From: Candidatus Latescibacterota bacterium
Lineage (GTDB): Bacteria > Latescibacterota > UBA2968 > GCA-2709665
Length of the DNA stretch: 64,000 bases
Direction: 5' to 3'
Assembly (NCBI GenBank): GCA_965208835.1
Contig: OZ242358.1
Location: forward strand, 4,768,001-4,832,000
Shown: piece by piece, positions 28,975-39,880 of the stretch
How positions within the stretch are numbered: the stretch's first letter is position 1
Layout of the letters: each line of letters begins with the position of its first letter
Notes under the pieces: generated by a model
Databases searched by the model: none
What the model saw: only the letters and a program-made list of their open reading frames with translations
What the model was told of the DNA's origin: nothing
Made by a program: the position numbers and the translations under genes

Positions 28975-30510
28975 TTACATCCAGAGATTCCGATCGAGGC
29001 TGCGGTACTGAATGGCCTCCCCGACGTGCTGAGGCTTGATTTCCTGTTCCTCTTCCAGGTCGGCGATGGTGCGGCTGACTTTCAGGATGCGGTCGTAGGC
29101 GCGCGCCGACAGGCCGAGTTTCGTAATTGCCATTTTGAGAAGCTCCTCGCCTTTACCGTCGATCTTGCAGTAATCACGGATTTCCGCGGGCCCCATATGC
29201 GCATTGCAGAACAGGTGTTGCTTCTCTCTGAAGCGGTGAAGTTGCACCTGGCGCGCCGCATTCACGCCTTCGCGAATCGCATCGGACGTTTCTCCGCCGG
29301 GCTCATCGGTCAATTCATTATAGTCGACCCCCGGAACTTCAATGTGAATGTCGATGCGATCCAGAAGTGGACCGGATATTCGGGACATATACCGCTGTAT
29401 GATCGGCGGAGAACACGTGCATTCGTTTCTGGGGTCGCCGAAGTATCCGCACGGGCAGGGATTCAGGGCGCAGGCGAGCATGAACTGTGCGGGATAGGTC
29501 AGAGAGACCATGGCCCGGGCAATCGTGACGAAGCCATCCTCGAGCGGTTGGCGCAGAACTTCCAGGACATGCTTCTTGAACTCGGGCAGCTCGTCCAGAA
29601 AGAGAACGCCATGGTGTGCAAGCGAGACCTCGCCCGGCCGCGGGTGGGGTCCGCCCCCGATCAGGCCGGCGTCCGAGATCGTGTGGTGAGGGGAACGAAA
29701 GGGCCGGATCGCCACCAGGGTGGTGTCCGGAGGCAACAGTCCGGCCACCGAGTGGATCTTGGTGGCTTCGATGGCTTCGTCCAGGGTCAGGTCGGGGAGA
29801 ATGGTGGGCAGACGGCGGGTGAGCATCGTTTTTCCGGAACCGGGCGGACCGATCATGATGATGTTGTGGCCGCCGCTGGCAGCCACTTCCAGCGCACGCT
29901 TGGCGTGAACCTGACCCCGGACGTCGCGGAAATCGACACGGTAGCTCAGCGCCTGGCTGAAGATCCGGTCGATATCAACCTCCAGCGAAGGTACGTCCCG
30001 GTAACCCTCGAGGAAGTCCAGCGTCTCCATCAGGTCGCCCACAGGATGCACGTCGATACCGCCCGCGATGGCCGCCTCGCGGGCGTTTTCGCGTGGGAGA
30101 ATCATGCCCTTGTAACCGGCCTGGCGGGTCTCCACGGCCATCGGCAGGACGCCCCGGACGGGCCGCACGGCTCCGTCGAGTGCCAACTCGCCGAGGACGA
30201 TGTATTGCGAAAGGGTCTCGGGCGAGATGTCTCCGGAAGCGGCCAGGATGCCCACGGCAATGGGCAGGTCAAAGGCCGATCCTTCCTTTCGGATATCGGC
30301 CGGCGCGAGATTGACGGTTACGCGGCGGTTCGGAAAGATCCTGCCGGAGTTCTTTATTGCGGCGGTTACGCGATCCCGGCTTTCCTTGACGGCGTTATCC
30401 GGCAGACCGACCACCGAGAATGCGGGAAGCTGATAATCCAGATCGGTCTCAATTCGCACGACATAGGCGTCGATTCCCAGGGTAGCGCAACTCAGCACTC
30501 GGGACATCAT
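28975..30510 (-). CDS. comM: YifB/ComM Mg-chelatase-like AAA ATPase
   Basis: [62 protein letters not shown]. Confidence 0.92.
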   Translation of the reverse strand: MMSRVLSCATLGIDAYVVRIETDLDYQLPAFSVVGLPDNAVKESRDRVTAAIKNSGRIFPNRRVTVNLAPADIRKEGSAFDLPIAVGILAASGDISPETLSQYIVLGELALDGAVRPVRGVLPMAVETRQAGYKGMILPRENAREAAIAGGIDVHPVGDLMETLDFLEGYRDVPSLEVDIDRIFSQALSYRVDFRDVRGQVHAKRALEVAASGGHNIIMIGPPGSGKTMLTRRLPTILPDLTLDEAIEATKIHSVAGLLPPDTTLVAIRPFRSPHHTISDAGLIGGGPHPRPGEVSLAHHGVLFLDELPEFKKHVLEVLRQPLEDGFVTIARAMVSLTYPAQFMLACALNPCPCGYFGDPRNECTCSPPIIQRYMSRISGPLLDRIDIHIEVPGVDYNELTDEPGGETSDAIREGVNAARQVQLHRFREKQHLFCNAHMGPAEIRDYCKIDGKGEELLKMAITKLGLSARAYDRILKVSRTIADLEEEQEIKPQHVGEAIQYRSLDRNLWM

Positions 30511-30612
30511 ACAGGCCTCCTTGGAGCCGGTCAGGTACGCGACTGAACTCCGCGGAAGCGTGCTGTTCTGCAGGGAGTCCGGTGTTGGTAAATTCCGACG
30601 TCCTCTGATTAC

Positions 30613-30628
30613 GCAAAGGGTATGCCAG
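30613..30628 (-). promoter_or_regulatory. Putative sigma54 (-24/-12) promoter for comM
   Basis: Minus strand CTGGCATACCCTTTGC (GG-N10-GC), ~100 nt upstream of the start. Confidence 0.55.
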
Positions 30629-30775
30629 AGGAAGGGGATGCACCTAACTTGTTGTCCGGAAAAGAGATAGGCCTGGCGGAAGACGTGAAGGAGGGAATTG
30701 CGGGAAAGGGATTTTCAAATTTCGCCGAATGGACTGAACGATATGGCGATCGGGCTGGCGGTTCCGGACCGACCA

Positions 30776-31954
30776 CTAAAGGGGCTGGTCCGGGTCTGCG
30801 TCGGCCGCGTAGTCAACCGTAGGGAGGCCGAAGCCGAAGAGCTTGAGGAATTCCGCGCGAAAAACCTGCACGTCGGATACCGCTTCCAGGTTTTCGGTCG
30901 TCACGGACTGCCAGAGAGACTCGATGCGCGACTGCACGTCCTCCCTCAATTCCAGGTCATCGATGCGGATGCGCCCGCTCTCGTCTGTGGGTACCTGCGT
31001 TCCGGCATAGACTCGATCCTTCAGAAGCCGGTACATCTGTTCTATACAGCCTTCGTGGACGTTCTTCTCCTTCATGATTTTGTATAGCAGTGAGATGTAA
31101 AGGGATACCACCGGTACGGCCGCACTTGACTGGGTGACCACGGCCTTGTTTGCGGAGATGTAGGCGCGTCCGTTTCTCTTCCTCAGCCGCGCGTCCAGAT
31201 GCCGGGCCGTGGACTCGAGGTGGATCTTGGCTTTCCCGATTGTGCCGTCTCCGTAGACCGGCCGGGTCAGCTCCGGTCCGACATAGGTATACGCGACCGT
31301 GCGGACGCCCTCAGCAAGCACGTCTGCCGCTTCGAGAGCCTGAATCCACAGGTCCCAGTCTTCTCCCCCCATGACGGCGACGGTATCGTCGATCTCGTCC
31401 CCTGTGGCCGGTTCGATGGTGACCTCCGAGACGACGCCCGTGTGGATATCGACCGTCTTTCCCGTGTACGGTTCGCCCACGGTTTTCAATACCGAGGTGT
31501 ATTGCGCCCCGGTCCGGGGATGGGTGCGCCGCGGCGACGCCAGGCTGTAAACCACGAGATCGACAGTTCCCAGGTCTTCCCTGATGGCCGAGACAGTCTG
31601 TTCCTTGATTTCATCGCAAAACGCGTCGCCGTTGATGCTTTTTGAGTAATAGCCCGCGTCTTTTGCGGCTCTTTCGAAGGCAGCCGAATTGTACCATCCA
31701 GCCGATGCCGTGCGATTCCTCACGGCCGGCCTTTCAAAAAACACGCCCACGGTCCCGGCGGCGGCGCCGAAGCAGGCAGCGATTCGAGAGGCCAGCCCGT
31801 AGCCCGTCGAGGCGCCGACGACCAGCACATTCCGGATGCCTTTCAGGGGCGGCTGATTCCTTACCCAGTCGATCTGTTCCTGTACATTGTGTGCGCAGCC
31901 GACGGGGTGCGCCGTCGTACAGATGAATCCCCGGATTCTGGGTTTGATGATCAT
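30776..31954 (-). CDS. fabV: Enoyl-ACP reductase / trans-2-enoyl-CoA reductase
   Basis: MII.P.IRGFIC..AHP.GC, GASTGYGLASRI, AGWYN, VMGGEDW, Y..GTIG.AK. Confidence 0.93.
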   Translation of the reverse strand: MIIKPRIRGFICTTAHPVGCAHNVQEQIDWVRNQPPLKGIRNVLVVGASTGYGLASRIAACFGAAAGTVGVFFERPAVRNRTASAGWYNSAAFERAAKDAGYYSKSINGDAFCDEIKEQTVSAIREDLGTVDLVVYSLASPRRTHPRTGAQYTSVLKTVGEPYTGKTVDIHTGVVSEVTIEPATGDEIDDTVAVMGGEDWDLWIQALEAADVLAEGVRTVAYTYVGPELTRPVYGDGTIGKAKIHLESTARHLDARLRKRNGRAYISANKAVVTQSSAAVPVVSLYISLLYKIMKEKNVHEGCIEQMYRLLKDRVYAGTQVPTDESGRIRIDDLELREDVQSRIESLWQSVTTENLEAVSDVQVFRAEFLKLFGFGLPTVDYAADADPDQPL

Positions 31955-32075
31955 CGGACCGTCCTTTCCGTGAATCGGGCCCTGTTCGCGGGCTCACTTT
32001 CCTGATTGCCGACTTTAGTGGATTTCGTCTTTCGTGAGAATATGCATTCGCCGCCGTTCCCTAAGTGAGGTGGCG

Positions 32076-33494
32076 TCACGCCTCTTCCTTATGCGCGGCG
32101 GCGGGTTGTTTCTTGTCCCACGGGGCGATCGATTCGAAGGCCGCGGAGGCGCGGAGCACGCCCGCGTCGTCGCGCCATCGGCCTGCAATCTGAAGGCCCA
32201 CCGGCAGACCGTCGCCGGCAAAGCCGGCCGGGACCGTGGCAGCAGGCTGCCCGGTGATGTTGAACGGGTAGGTATAGGCTGTCCAGCCGAGGTAGCTGGT
32301 CGGTTGCCCCGTGATATCCCCCGGTTGATCGCGGCCGGCGGCAAAGGCTGTAACCGGAAGCGTGGGGCAGAGAAACAGGTCGTAGGCGCTCATGAACTCA
32401 CGCCATCCGTGGTAGTAGTCATTGCGCCGGGCGTAGGCGGTTGCCAGTTCGGCCCCGGAGACGGATTTCCCCTTTTCGATCACGGCGACGAGGCCGGCGT
32501 CCAGGAGGTCCCTGACGTCGTCCAGGTTGTCCTTGAACACGCCCGCGAACGAAGCGGACCAGATCGTGTCAGCAATGTCCCAGGGGTCGGGCAGTCCGGG
32601 ATGTGCCTCTTCGACGCGACAGCCGAGCTCCTGAAATCGAACAGCCGCTCCTGCCGCGATCGACAGGACTTCGGGATCGCCGCGGACGTAACCGAGATCG
32701 GGAGACCAGGCTACGCGCAAGCCAGCGATATCGCCTTCCATTTCCAGGAGGTAATCGGTGGAATCGGGCAGCGAAAGGCGGTCCATGGGGTGTGCGCCGG
32801 CCATGGCCGTGAGCATCAACGCGGCATCTTTCACGGTGCGGGTGACGGGGCCGGCGTGCGAGAGCAACTCGACCACACTGGCCGGGTACTGGGGAACACG
32901 ACCCCAGGACGGCTTGAGTCCGTACAGTCCGCAGAAGCTGCACGGGATGCGAATGGATCCGGCTCCGTCCGTTCCCTGGGCAATCGGTCCCATACCCAGG
33001 CCAACGGCGGCCGCGGCGCCTCCGCTGGATCCGCCGGCTGTACGGCCGTACATCCAGGGATTGTGCACCGGACCGTTGATCCGGTTTCCCGAGTCACCCT
33101 TCCAGCCGAGTTCGGGGGTGGTTGTCTTGCCGAGCAGGACCATCCCGGCGTTTGACAGGCGTTCCGCCAGCGGCGCGTCGTAATCGGGCACCCAGTTCTT
33201 GTAGAGCAGGGATCCCCGGGCGGTGCGGATACCCCTGGTGGGGGTAAGATCCTTGAGTGAGCCGGGGACGCCGGCCAGAATTCCGGCCTCTCCTCTCATA
33301 TAGGCGCGTTCGGCACGAACTGCCTGTTCCACGGCGCGTTCGTGGGTGACTGTGACGAAGGGGTTAAAGGTGTGGTTCAACCGTTCAATCCGGTCCAGTA
33401 CGGCACGCGTAACCTCGACAGGCGAGAGTTCCCGCTTTTGATACAGGTTTCGCAGTTCGACCGCCGGGAGACGGCAAAGATCGGCTGAATTCAT
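32076..33494 (-). CDS. Amidase-signature family protein
   Basis: KD, GKTTTPE, GGSSGG, GTDGAGSIRIP (Ser-Ser-Lys triad motifs). Confidence 0.92.
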   Translation of the reverse strand: MNSADLCRLPAVELRNLYQKRELSPVEVTRAVLDRIERLNHTFNPFVTVTHERAVEQAVRAERAYMRGEAGILAGVPGSLKDLTPTRGIRTARGSLLYKNWVPDYDAPLAERLSNAGMVLLGKTTTPELGWKGDSGNRINGPVHNPWMYGRTAGGSSGGAAAAVGLGMGPIAQGTDGAGSIRIPCSFCGLYGLKPSWGRVPQYPASVVELLSHAGPVTRTVKDAALMLTAMAGAHPMDRLSLPDSTDYLLEMEGDIAGLRVAWSPDLGYVRGDPEVLSIAAGAAVRFQELGCRVEEAHPGLPDPWDIADTIWSASFAGVFKDNLDDVRDLLDAGLVAVIEKGKSVSGAELATAYARRNDYYHGWREFMSAYDLFLCPTLPVTAFAAGRDQPGDITGQPTSYLGWTAYTYPFNITGQPAATVPAGFAGDGLPVGLQIAGRWRDDAGVLRASAAFESIAPWDKKQPAAAHKEEA

Positions 33495-34165
33495 CCTTCC
33501 GCTCCGGGTTTGGAACGACCCTTCGCCGGGGCCGGCAGCGATGAACGGAACGGGTGGCCCAGGAGCGCCAGCAACTGCGAGACCAGGCGATATGAAATGC
33601 CCCAGAGGACACGCTGGCGCGGACCCGGCAGATCGATCGTGGAGAAGCGGCGTTTCGCGTCGTCGATCCGAAAGCTGCGCTCACGATGGCGCCCGGCGTC
33701 GGCGAGAACGTCCAACTGTACCCAGAAAGCGGCTTTGACCTCGTGGTTCGGATGAAGTCGATCTCTGGTTTCGACGTTGTAGACGAAACCCGACACGAGA
33801 ATGGGAAGGGTAGCGCCGGTGACGTCGTCCAGTCGACCGAGGTACTCCGCCTTCGCGAGATCCAGGCCGACTTCCTCCCGCGTCTCGCGCTCCGCGGCCG
33901 TTCGCGAGTTCACGTCGACAGGTTCCACCCTGCCCCCCGGGAACGCGACGTGGCCCGACCACGGATCGTCATCGCGCAGCGACCGCTCGATGAACAGCAG
34001 GTGAACGGATTCCTCCCGTTGATGCAGGACCATTGCGACGGCCGCGCGGGCTCTGTCTCCGGAGGCCAGATGCGGGCGATATCCGGCGAGGCGCCGGCGG
34101 ATTTCCGCAATCGAAGTCAGGTAGCCCCGGTCCGGGTTTCCGTGTATCGCGCGCTTTCCCGTCAT
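33491..34165 (-). CDS. Nudix hydrolase, CoA pyrophosphatase-like
   Basis: AAV, WSG..AFPGG..E......TA.RET.EE.G, LWG. The ATG overlaps the upstream TGA. Confidence 0.88.
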   Translation of the reverse strand: MTGKRAIHGNPDRGYLTSIAEIRRRLAGYRPHLASGDRARAAVAMVLHQREESVHLLFIERSLRDDDPWSGHVAFPGGRVEPVDVNSRTAAERETREEVGLDLAKAEYLGRLDDVTGATLPILVSGFVYNVETRDRLHPNHEVKAAFWVQLDVLADAGRHRERSFRIDDAKRRFSTIDLPGPRQRVLWGISYRLVSQLLALLGHPFRSSLPAPAKGRSKPGAEG

Positions 34166-34719
34166 CTGGATGGTTTGTGTTCGCGAAACCGGTTGTAGAC
34201 AAGAAAACCGAGGCCGAAGCCGGCGTTGACCAGCACCGGAACGCGGTAGATGCTGACGACGTCGTACCTGAACACGGCTCCGGAAGCGCCGGCGGAAACA
34301 ATCAGAAAAGACAGGAGGATAAGGGCCTTGCAGATTACCGGCGGCGCAAGGGCCGCGGTTACGATACACAGGAGCGCCGAGTGGAAGATAAGGAAGCCGG
34401 CGTAGCCGTTTCGAACGGCCATGTCGAATTCCCAATCGTACCGGAAAGCCCAGACCAGGTAGACGTGCGCGACGGCAACCAGCGCAACCAGGGCGATAGC
34501 CGGGCGGCTGAACGTACCCCTGGCTGTAAGTACCAGATTCGCAGACAGCCCGAGATAACCCAGAAAGGCCAGAAGGAAGGTGAATTTTTCGAGCGTCAAG
34601 TCGAGGTCGTTGTCGGCGTAAAAGCGCGTCGCGGATGCAAAAACCGCTGGACAGCACGGTGGGAAGACGATCGTTATGACGAAATCGCCCGTGCAGACGT
34701 CCGGCCGCCGGCGCAACAT
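34162..34719 (-). CDS. Hypothetical multi-pass membrane protein
   Basis: About 5 hydrophobic segments. ATGA overlap with the Nudix gene. Confidence 0.6.
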   Translation of the reverse strand: MLRRRPDVCTGDFVITIVFPPCCPAVFASATRFYADNDLDLTLEKFTFLLAFLGYLGLSANLVLTARGTFSRPAIALVALVAVAHVYLVWAFRYDWEFDMAVRNGYAGFLIFHSALLCIVTAALAPPVICKALILLSFLIVSAGASGAVFRYDVVSIYRVPVLVNAGFGLGFLVYNRFREHKPSR

Positions 34720-34790
34720 GGCCCTTGGTCTGCATTAAACAGACGACTCTAACGTCAAACGGAATGTTCAGGGAGTGGGATTATAACTAA

Positions 34791-34889
34791 CAGCCCGTTG
34801 ATAAAGCCCGTCCGGGCTACGGCCGGCCCTTGCGGTCGAAATACTGCGTTGCTCGGCCTCGCCTGCAGAGCGACTTTATCAACGGACTG
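34791..34889 (+). mobile_element. MITE family B, internally deleted (99 bp)
   Basis: Both TIRs present, ~47 bp of the centre missing. Left flank CTAA is not duplicated. Confidence 0.85.
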
Positions 34890-34948
34890 CTTTTCTGGAG
34901 GCGCGCCGGCGCGGGTGGATGACACGCCGGGTGTTCTGCTTCGTGTAC

Positions 34949-36163
34949 TTATTCTCCGGTGTCAACGGGGTTTTTGATGCGATCGATCTTGTCCTCGCAG
35001 TACTTTTTGAATTTCCGGTCTCCGAGACCCTTCCGGTAGCTTCGTATCGCTTTTTCCTTCCATCCCTGCGGCCGCCACGCGTCGTATACGTCGCCCATGA
35101 TGACGTACGCCGGCACCCCGTACCTTCCGCTCGAGGTGGCTCGTCTGGCGTAGTTGAGGGCGTTCTGGTACTGTTTGAGTTCGAAATAGGCGACCGCCGC
35201 CCTGTACTGGGCTTCGCTGTCTCGGGAGTTCAGCGCGAGCGCCTGCTGATACGCGGACACCGCACTCTTGTAGTTCTTACCCAACGCGTGGGAGTGTCCC
35301 AGCGCGGCGTAGATCCTGACTTTGTCTCTGTTGGTGGGGGCTACCGCCACGGCTTTTCTGAGCGTGGATACGGCCCTGGAAAATTGCTTCGTTCGGTTAA
35401 ATACGACCGCCAGGTTGCGATAGGCGTTGATATTCTTCTTGTCTTTACAGTTCGGATCGCTGTCGATCGCCCGGCCGTAACTCTGGATCGCCTTGCTGTT
35501 TCTCTTGGTGAGCCGATACAGGTCGCCCAGTTGTCGATGGGCCTTGGCGTACTTGGGGTTGAGCTCAACGGCCGTTGTAAAAGCATTCTCCGCCTGTTTG
35601 TATTTTCGGGCTTGTTTGGCGGCCAAACCCAGATTGTAGTAGTTGGTGGCATCCGTGGGATCGAGTTGTGTTGCGTTCTCGTATTCCTCGATGGCTTTCC
35701 TGTAGTTCTTCCTGAGCAGGTAGTCCCTGCCGTTCCTTGAATAGGCTGCTTTAAGGAGATCTCGTGCGTTGCCGTTCTGAAAATCGCCGTCGAGATTCAG
35801 CACCGCCTTGAACGCCGCCTGCGCGTCCTTGTACTTTTTCAGATTGTAGAAAAGGTTCCCCAGTTCGTAATGGGCTTCAACGTAATCCGGCTTTACCGTA
35901 GTGGCCATTCGGAAATTGGCGATGGCTTTGTCGGAATCCTTGAGTTTCTGGTAGGTTTTGGCCATGCCTCGATAGGCCTGGGCATTGTTGCCATCCAGTT
36001 TAACGGCTTCTTCGAACGCCTGAAGGGCTTGCTGATAACGCCTTTTTTCGAAAAGGGCCTGACCGGCGTTGTATTTTTCCGCCGATTCCGGAGCTACTTG
36101 AGCCCACGCGGGCTGGTAGCATAGAAGGCACAACAGCAGGAGCAATGACTGTCGACAACCCAT
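34949..36163 (-). CDS. Exported TPR-repeat protein
   Basis: Signal peptide (..PAWA) followed by many 34-aa TPR units. Confidence 0.88.
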   Translation of the reverse strand: MGCRQSLLLLLCLLCYQPAWAQVAPESAEKYNAGQALFEKRRYQQALQAFEEAVKLDGNNAQAYRGMAKTYQKLKDSDKAIANFRMATTVKPDYVEAHYELGNLFYNLKKYKDAQAAFKAVLNLDGDFQNGNARDLLKAAYSRNGRDYLLRKNYRKAIEEYENATQLDPTDATNYYNLGLAAKQARKYKQAENAFTTAVELNPKYAKAHRQLGDLYRLTKRNSKAIQSYGRAIDSDPNCKDKKNINAYRNLAVVFNRTKQFSRAVSTLRKAVAVAPTNRDKVRIYAALGHSHALGKNYKSAVSAYQQALALNSRDSEAQYRAAVAYFELKQYQNALNYARRATSSGRYGVPAYVIMGDVYDAWRPQGWKEKAIRSYRKGLGDRKFKKYCEDKIDRIKNPVDTGE

Positions 36164-36322
36164 ATCAGGTGATCCTCTCGAGATTGCAGGTTAACGGAAA
36201 TGCGATTTTCGAAGCGTTAATATTGCCAAATCCCGTGACGATGTCAATCGTTTCGGACATGCGGAAAGGCCACCACCGGTTGTGTGATGGCCTCCGTCGC
36301 GTTTGTTCTGTCCTGTCGGGGT

Positions 36323-36994
36323 TCAATCGTGGAGTTTAAACTTAATGGCCTGGGTCATCCAGACATTCACGGGCTTGTCGTTCTGGATTGCCGGTTTGAA
36401 TACGAACTGTCTGACCGCATCTATGGCCGCCTGCCTGAAGATTTCCTGGCCCCTTAACACCTGAACCTTGGCCGTCCGACCGTCTCTGCGCACCATGAAC
36501 TTGACGAAAACATTGCCCTCCAACCCTGCCTTGCGCGCGATTTCGGGGTATTTGGGCTGGACCCCCTTGATCATTTCCGGTTTCTCCTCCACGCTCCAGA
36601 ACTCCATCACTTCTTCTTCCATGGGCGCTTCAGTGGCGCCCGGAGGAGGAGGAGGCAGGTCTACGGGGGCCTGATCCAGGTCGAGGTCGGTCGTTTCGAT
36701 GGTAACGTCGTCGGGTACGTCGTCGCTCTCGGTTTCAACCGGCATGGCCGGCCGAGGAGGAGGGGGAGGCCGCTGAATCTGGCGCGTTTCCGGGATCTCC
36801 TCCATCTGGATGATGATCTGGTCTTTTTTGCCCGCCGAGGCCCGTATATCGAACGTGGGAAAAAGGATTGCCATGATCAGGTGCATGGCGCAGGAGATAC
36901 CGACCGACGTCCAGAAGACCTTTGGATAACGCCTTCTGAGGTCGTGTTCAGGGTACTTCCTCCGGACGATGTCCTTCCCTCTGATATAGGCCAT
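36323..36994 (-). CDS. tonB: Energy transducer TonB
   Basis: TM helix, Pro-rich linker, and P.YP..AR.AG.EG.V domain. GGAGAGG RBS before ATG 36994. Confidence 0.9.
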   Translation of the reverse strand: MAYIRGKDIVRRKYPEHDLRRRYPKVFWTSVGISCAMHLIMAILFPTFDIRASAGKKDQIIIQMEEIPETRQIQRPPPPPRPAMPVETESDDVPDDVTIETTDLDLDQAPVDLPPPPPGATEAPMEEEVMEFWSVEEKPEMIKGVQPKYPEIARKAGLEGNVFVKFMVRRDGRTAKVQVLRGQEIFRQAAIDAVRQFVFKPAIQNDKPVNVWMTQAIKFKLHD

Positions 36995-36999
36995 ATGCG

Positions 37000-37410
37000 T
37001 TACCTCTCCCGATCGGTGGCAAAGTTGACGCGGAGCGCATCGGCTTTGCGAAGTTCTTCGATCACTTGTGACACCAGCCCGTAGGGCGCCCGCGTATCGC
37101 ACTTGAGCGAAACGATCAGCCGCGGGTTCTGCACCCGGCGTTCGTAGAAGATGGGAGCGACCTGATTGACCTGGGCGATCTTGTCGTCTATGTAGACCTT
37201 CCGGTCCGCGGAAATCCAGACATAGGATATGTGGCGACGCGTCTTGATTTCCTCGACCTTTTCAGCCCTGGGCAATACGATCCCCGTGACCCGGTAGCGG
37301 ACGAAGACCGTCGTGACCATGAAAAAGATCAGAAGGAGAAAGGCGATATCCGCCATCGAACCTGTCGGAATGGACGTATGTACCCCTGATTTTTTTGAAA
37401 AATCCGCCAT
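37000..37410 (-). CDS. exbD: Biopolymer transporter ExbD
   Basis: SMADIAFLLLIFFMV. Confidence 0.9.
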   Translation of the reverse strand: MADFSKKSGVHTSIPTGSMADIAFLLLIFFMVTTVFVRYRVTGIVLPRAEKVEEIKTRRHISYVWISADRKVYIDDKIAQVNQVAPIFYERRVQNPRLIVSLKCDTRAPYGLVSQVIEELRKADALRVNFATDRER

Positions 37411-37437
37411 GCTGAGAACTCCTGTTGCCGGACGAAC

Positions 37438-37854
37438 CTACTTTTCCGGGGATGCTAAAGAGATCCGCGTTGCACCCGAAAGCTTGATCTCATCCAGGAC
37501 GTCGATGAATGCGTTGTACGGCGTCTCCTCGTCCGCCTTGAGAGAAACGATCAGCTTGTCGTTTTCGCTCAGGCGCCGCTCGATGTCGGCCCGCAGCTGC
37601 CCCAGAGGAACTTCCTGCTCCAGGTTGATCAGGATATCACCGGCGGCATTCACCCAGACGTTGCAGATATTCTTCTTCTGGATCTTCTTGTTTTCTCCGG
37701 CGGGCGGAAGCTGCATGCCGATGCCCTTGTCCTGGTTCATCGTGGTGGTCACCAGGAAGAAGACAATAAGCAGAAAGGCGATGTCCGCCATCGACGAAGT
37801 CGGGATTTCAGGATTGGACTTGTTCCGCCTTGCCAGCTGTGGCTTGTTCGCCAT
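37438..37854 (-). CDS. exbD: Biopolymer transporter ExbD
   Basis: SMADIAFLLIVFFLV, KAD...Y. Confidence 0.9.
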   Translation of the reverse strand: MANKPQLARRNKSNPEIPTSSMADIAFLLIVFFLVTTTMNQDKGIGMQLPPAGENKKIQKKNICNVWVNAAGDILINLEQEVPLGQLRADIERRLSENDKLIVSLKADEETPYNAFIDVLDEIKLSGATRISLASPEK

Positions 37855-37857
37855 GGC

Positions 37858-38484
37858 TCACTCTCCCGCGGGCTTGTCGTAGCCGGCCTGGATCAGTTCG
37901 TCTATGAACTGAGAGGAACTCTCCTGCATGTCGATGATGATCTTGTCGATCTTGGAGACGAAAAGGTTGTGCAATGCCTGAATCGGAATGGCGATAACCA
38001 GGCCGGAGGCGGTGGTGATGAGCGCTTCCGAAATACCGGCGGCCACGATGCTGGGCTCTACGTCGCCGGCTTTTGCAATGGCGTCGAAGGCGCTGATCAT
38101 ACCGCTCACGGTGCCCAGGAACCCGAGCAGCGGCGCGATATTGGCTACGGTGGATAACCAGACCATGCCTTTTTCCAGAAAGGCCATCTCGATGGCGCCT
38201 GATTCTTCAATGGCCTTTTCCACGTGTTCGAGCCCCCGGTCCAGACGGAGAAGGCCGGCGTGGAGAACCGAGGCGACCGGGCCGCGGTGACTTGCGCAGA
38301 CCTCAGCGACGCCCTCCGGCCCACGCTGCTTGAGCGCTTCCTGAACCGCGGTGAAAAACTCCCGCGTGTCGATTGATGACCGCCACAGCGACCAGAAACG
38401 TTCGATACTGACCGCAATACCGAAAAGCAGCATCAGCAGAAGCGGGTGCATGAAGGGCCCGCCATTTACATAAAGTTCAACCAT
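37858..38484 (-). CDS. exbB: MotA/TolQ/ExbB proton channel protein
   Basis: APLLGFLGTVSGMI.AF, GISEALITTA.GL. Confidence 0.92.
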   Translation of the reverse strand: MVELYVNGGPFMHPLLLMLLFGIAVSIERFWSLWRSSIDTREFFTAVQEALKQRGPEGVAEVCASHRGPVASVLHAGLLRLDRGLEHVEKAIEESGAIEMAFLEKGMVWLSTVANIAPLLGFLGTVSGMISAFDAIAKAGDVEPSIVAAGISEALITTASGLVIAIPIQALHNLFVSKIDKIIIDMQESSSQFIDELIQAGYDKPAGE

Positions 38485-38671
38485 GCTTCAATCCCCCAGT
38501 TGATGTGAATATTCGCTGCGGTGGAATAACGCGCGCAAGAAGCGCATTTCGTCGACAATCGCTGGCGATCTGATTCGGGATCCCGGACGGTCCGTGAGCC
38601 CCGGCCATTTGAAGATCGCTACGACGACGAAAGAATCAAAAATCGATCGCACTTCCAAAGAACCGTATGAG

Positions 38672-39880
38672 TTACTTTTTCCCTTCGATATCGACCTCCT
38701 CCTCTTTCTTCTTCTTGAAGAACTCAAGCCTCTTCTTCTCCTCCTCGGACATGGGAGGGTCGATTTCATCGATCATTCGTTTGGCGTTTCCTTCCCAAAG
38801 AGGATCCTTGCGCGCCCTCTTGAACCACTTCAGCGCACTGACGGAATCCCGCGCGGCATTGGACTTTTTCCACCTCTTGTAATGGAACTCGCCCCTCATG
38901 TAGTTGAATTTTCCGTTTCCCGGATCCAGTCTGAGCCCTCTGTCGACCAGGTTGATTTCGCCGGTCAGGTCGGCGAGCTGTTCCACGACGCCCAGGTTAT
39001 CGGGCTGGAGCCTGAACATCTTCCTCAGGATGTTGATTTGAAACCGTCTGGATTTGTTCAGCTGTTTTCCAAGATTATGCAACTGGTCTAAATAAAGGAA
39101 ATCTTCCGGGCTGTGGGCATGGAGTTTCTCATACGCGTTGAACGCCTTCTGGACCATGCCCATACGGACGTACAGCTTGGCGAGATTGTCGAGCGTGGCG
39201 TAATCTTCGGGGTTTATTTCCAGAAGCCGCTCCATCTCCTTGAGGGCTTCGTCTTCGTCTCCCATATGAAGCGTGAGCTTCGCGATCGCATCCTGAACGT
39301 CGGGGTTTTCCGGTTCCAGTTCGCCCCAGCGGCGTGTATGCTTCAATGCCGAGTCGTAATCTTCCGTTTCGATGTAGAGCGCGACCAGTTGATGCAGGTA
39401 TTGAATCTCCTGTACCGGTTTCTTGGCGATGGCCAGAAGCTTTTCGTAAACCTCGATAGCCTCCTCCAGCATTCCTTCCTGCACGTATAGCTGACCCAGA
39501 TAGTATAGCGCATTTCGCGCATTTGGACCCTCTGGATTCAGTTCGATTGCCTTCTTGAACCAGGCAATCGCGTCCTCGGGTTTTTCCGTCTCATTGTACA
39601 ACTTGCCCAGGTAGTACGCGGTTTGGGCATTCCGAGGATTGAAGTCCCAGGATTTCGTCAGTTGCACCTGGGCGTCATCGTATTGTTTGTTGTCCAGATA
39701 TCGCTTGCCGAAATAAACGTGCTTCCTTGACATCGCCCCCGAATCAACGGGCGCCTCGCGCGGCTTGTGCTTGTGCTGGTCCTTCTTCGACTTCCGTCTG
39801 GCCTCGGCCGGCGAAAACAGGCCCAGCAACAGAAAACCGCAGAGAAAGACAACGACGCCGTCCGAAAGCCTGAATTTCAT
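38672..39880 (-). CDS. Exported TPR-repeat protein
   Basis: Signal peptide (..PAEA) and TPR units. Confidence 0.85.
   Translation of the reverse strand: MKFRLSDGVVVFLCGFLLLGLFSPAEARRKSKKDQHKHKPREAPVDSGAMSRKHVYFGKRYLDNKQYDDAQVQLTKSWDFNPRNAQTAYYLGKLYNETEKPEDAIAWFKKAIELNPEGPNARNALYYLGQLYVQEGMLEEAIEVYEKLLAIAKKPVQEIQYLHQLVALYIETEDYDSALKHTRRWGELEPENPDVQDAIAKLTLHMGDEDEALKEMERLLEINPEDYATLDNLAKLYVRMGMVQKAFNAYEKLHAHSPEDFLYLDQLHNLGKQLNKSRRFQINILRKMFRLQPDNLGVVEQLADLTGEINLVDRGLRLDPGNGKFNYMRGEFHYKRWKKSNAARDSVSALKWFKRARKDPLWEGNAKRMIDEIDPPMSEEEKKRLEFFKKKKEEEVDIEGKK

Noticed and set aside
28912-30546. 544-aa ORF antisense to comM (likewise 40444-42045, 15997-17616, 7020-8297 and 32034-33155)
   Set aside because: Shadow ORFs opposite well-conserved genes in high-GC DNA, with no recognisable motifs.
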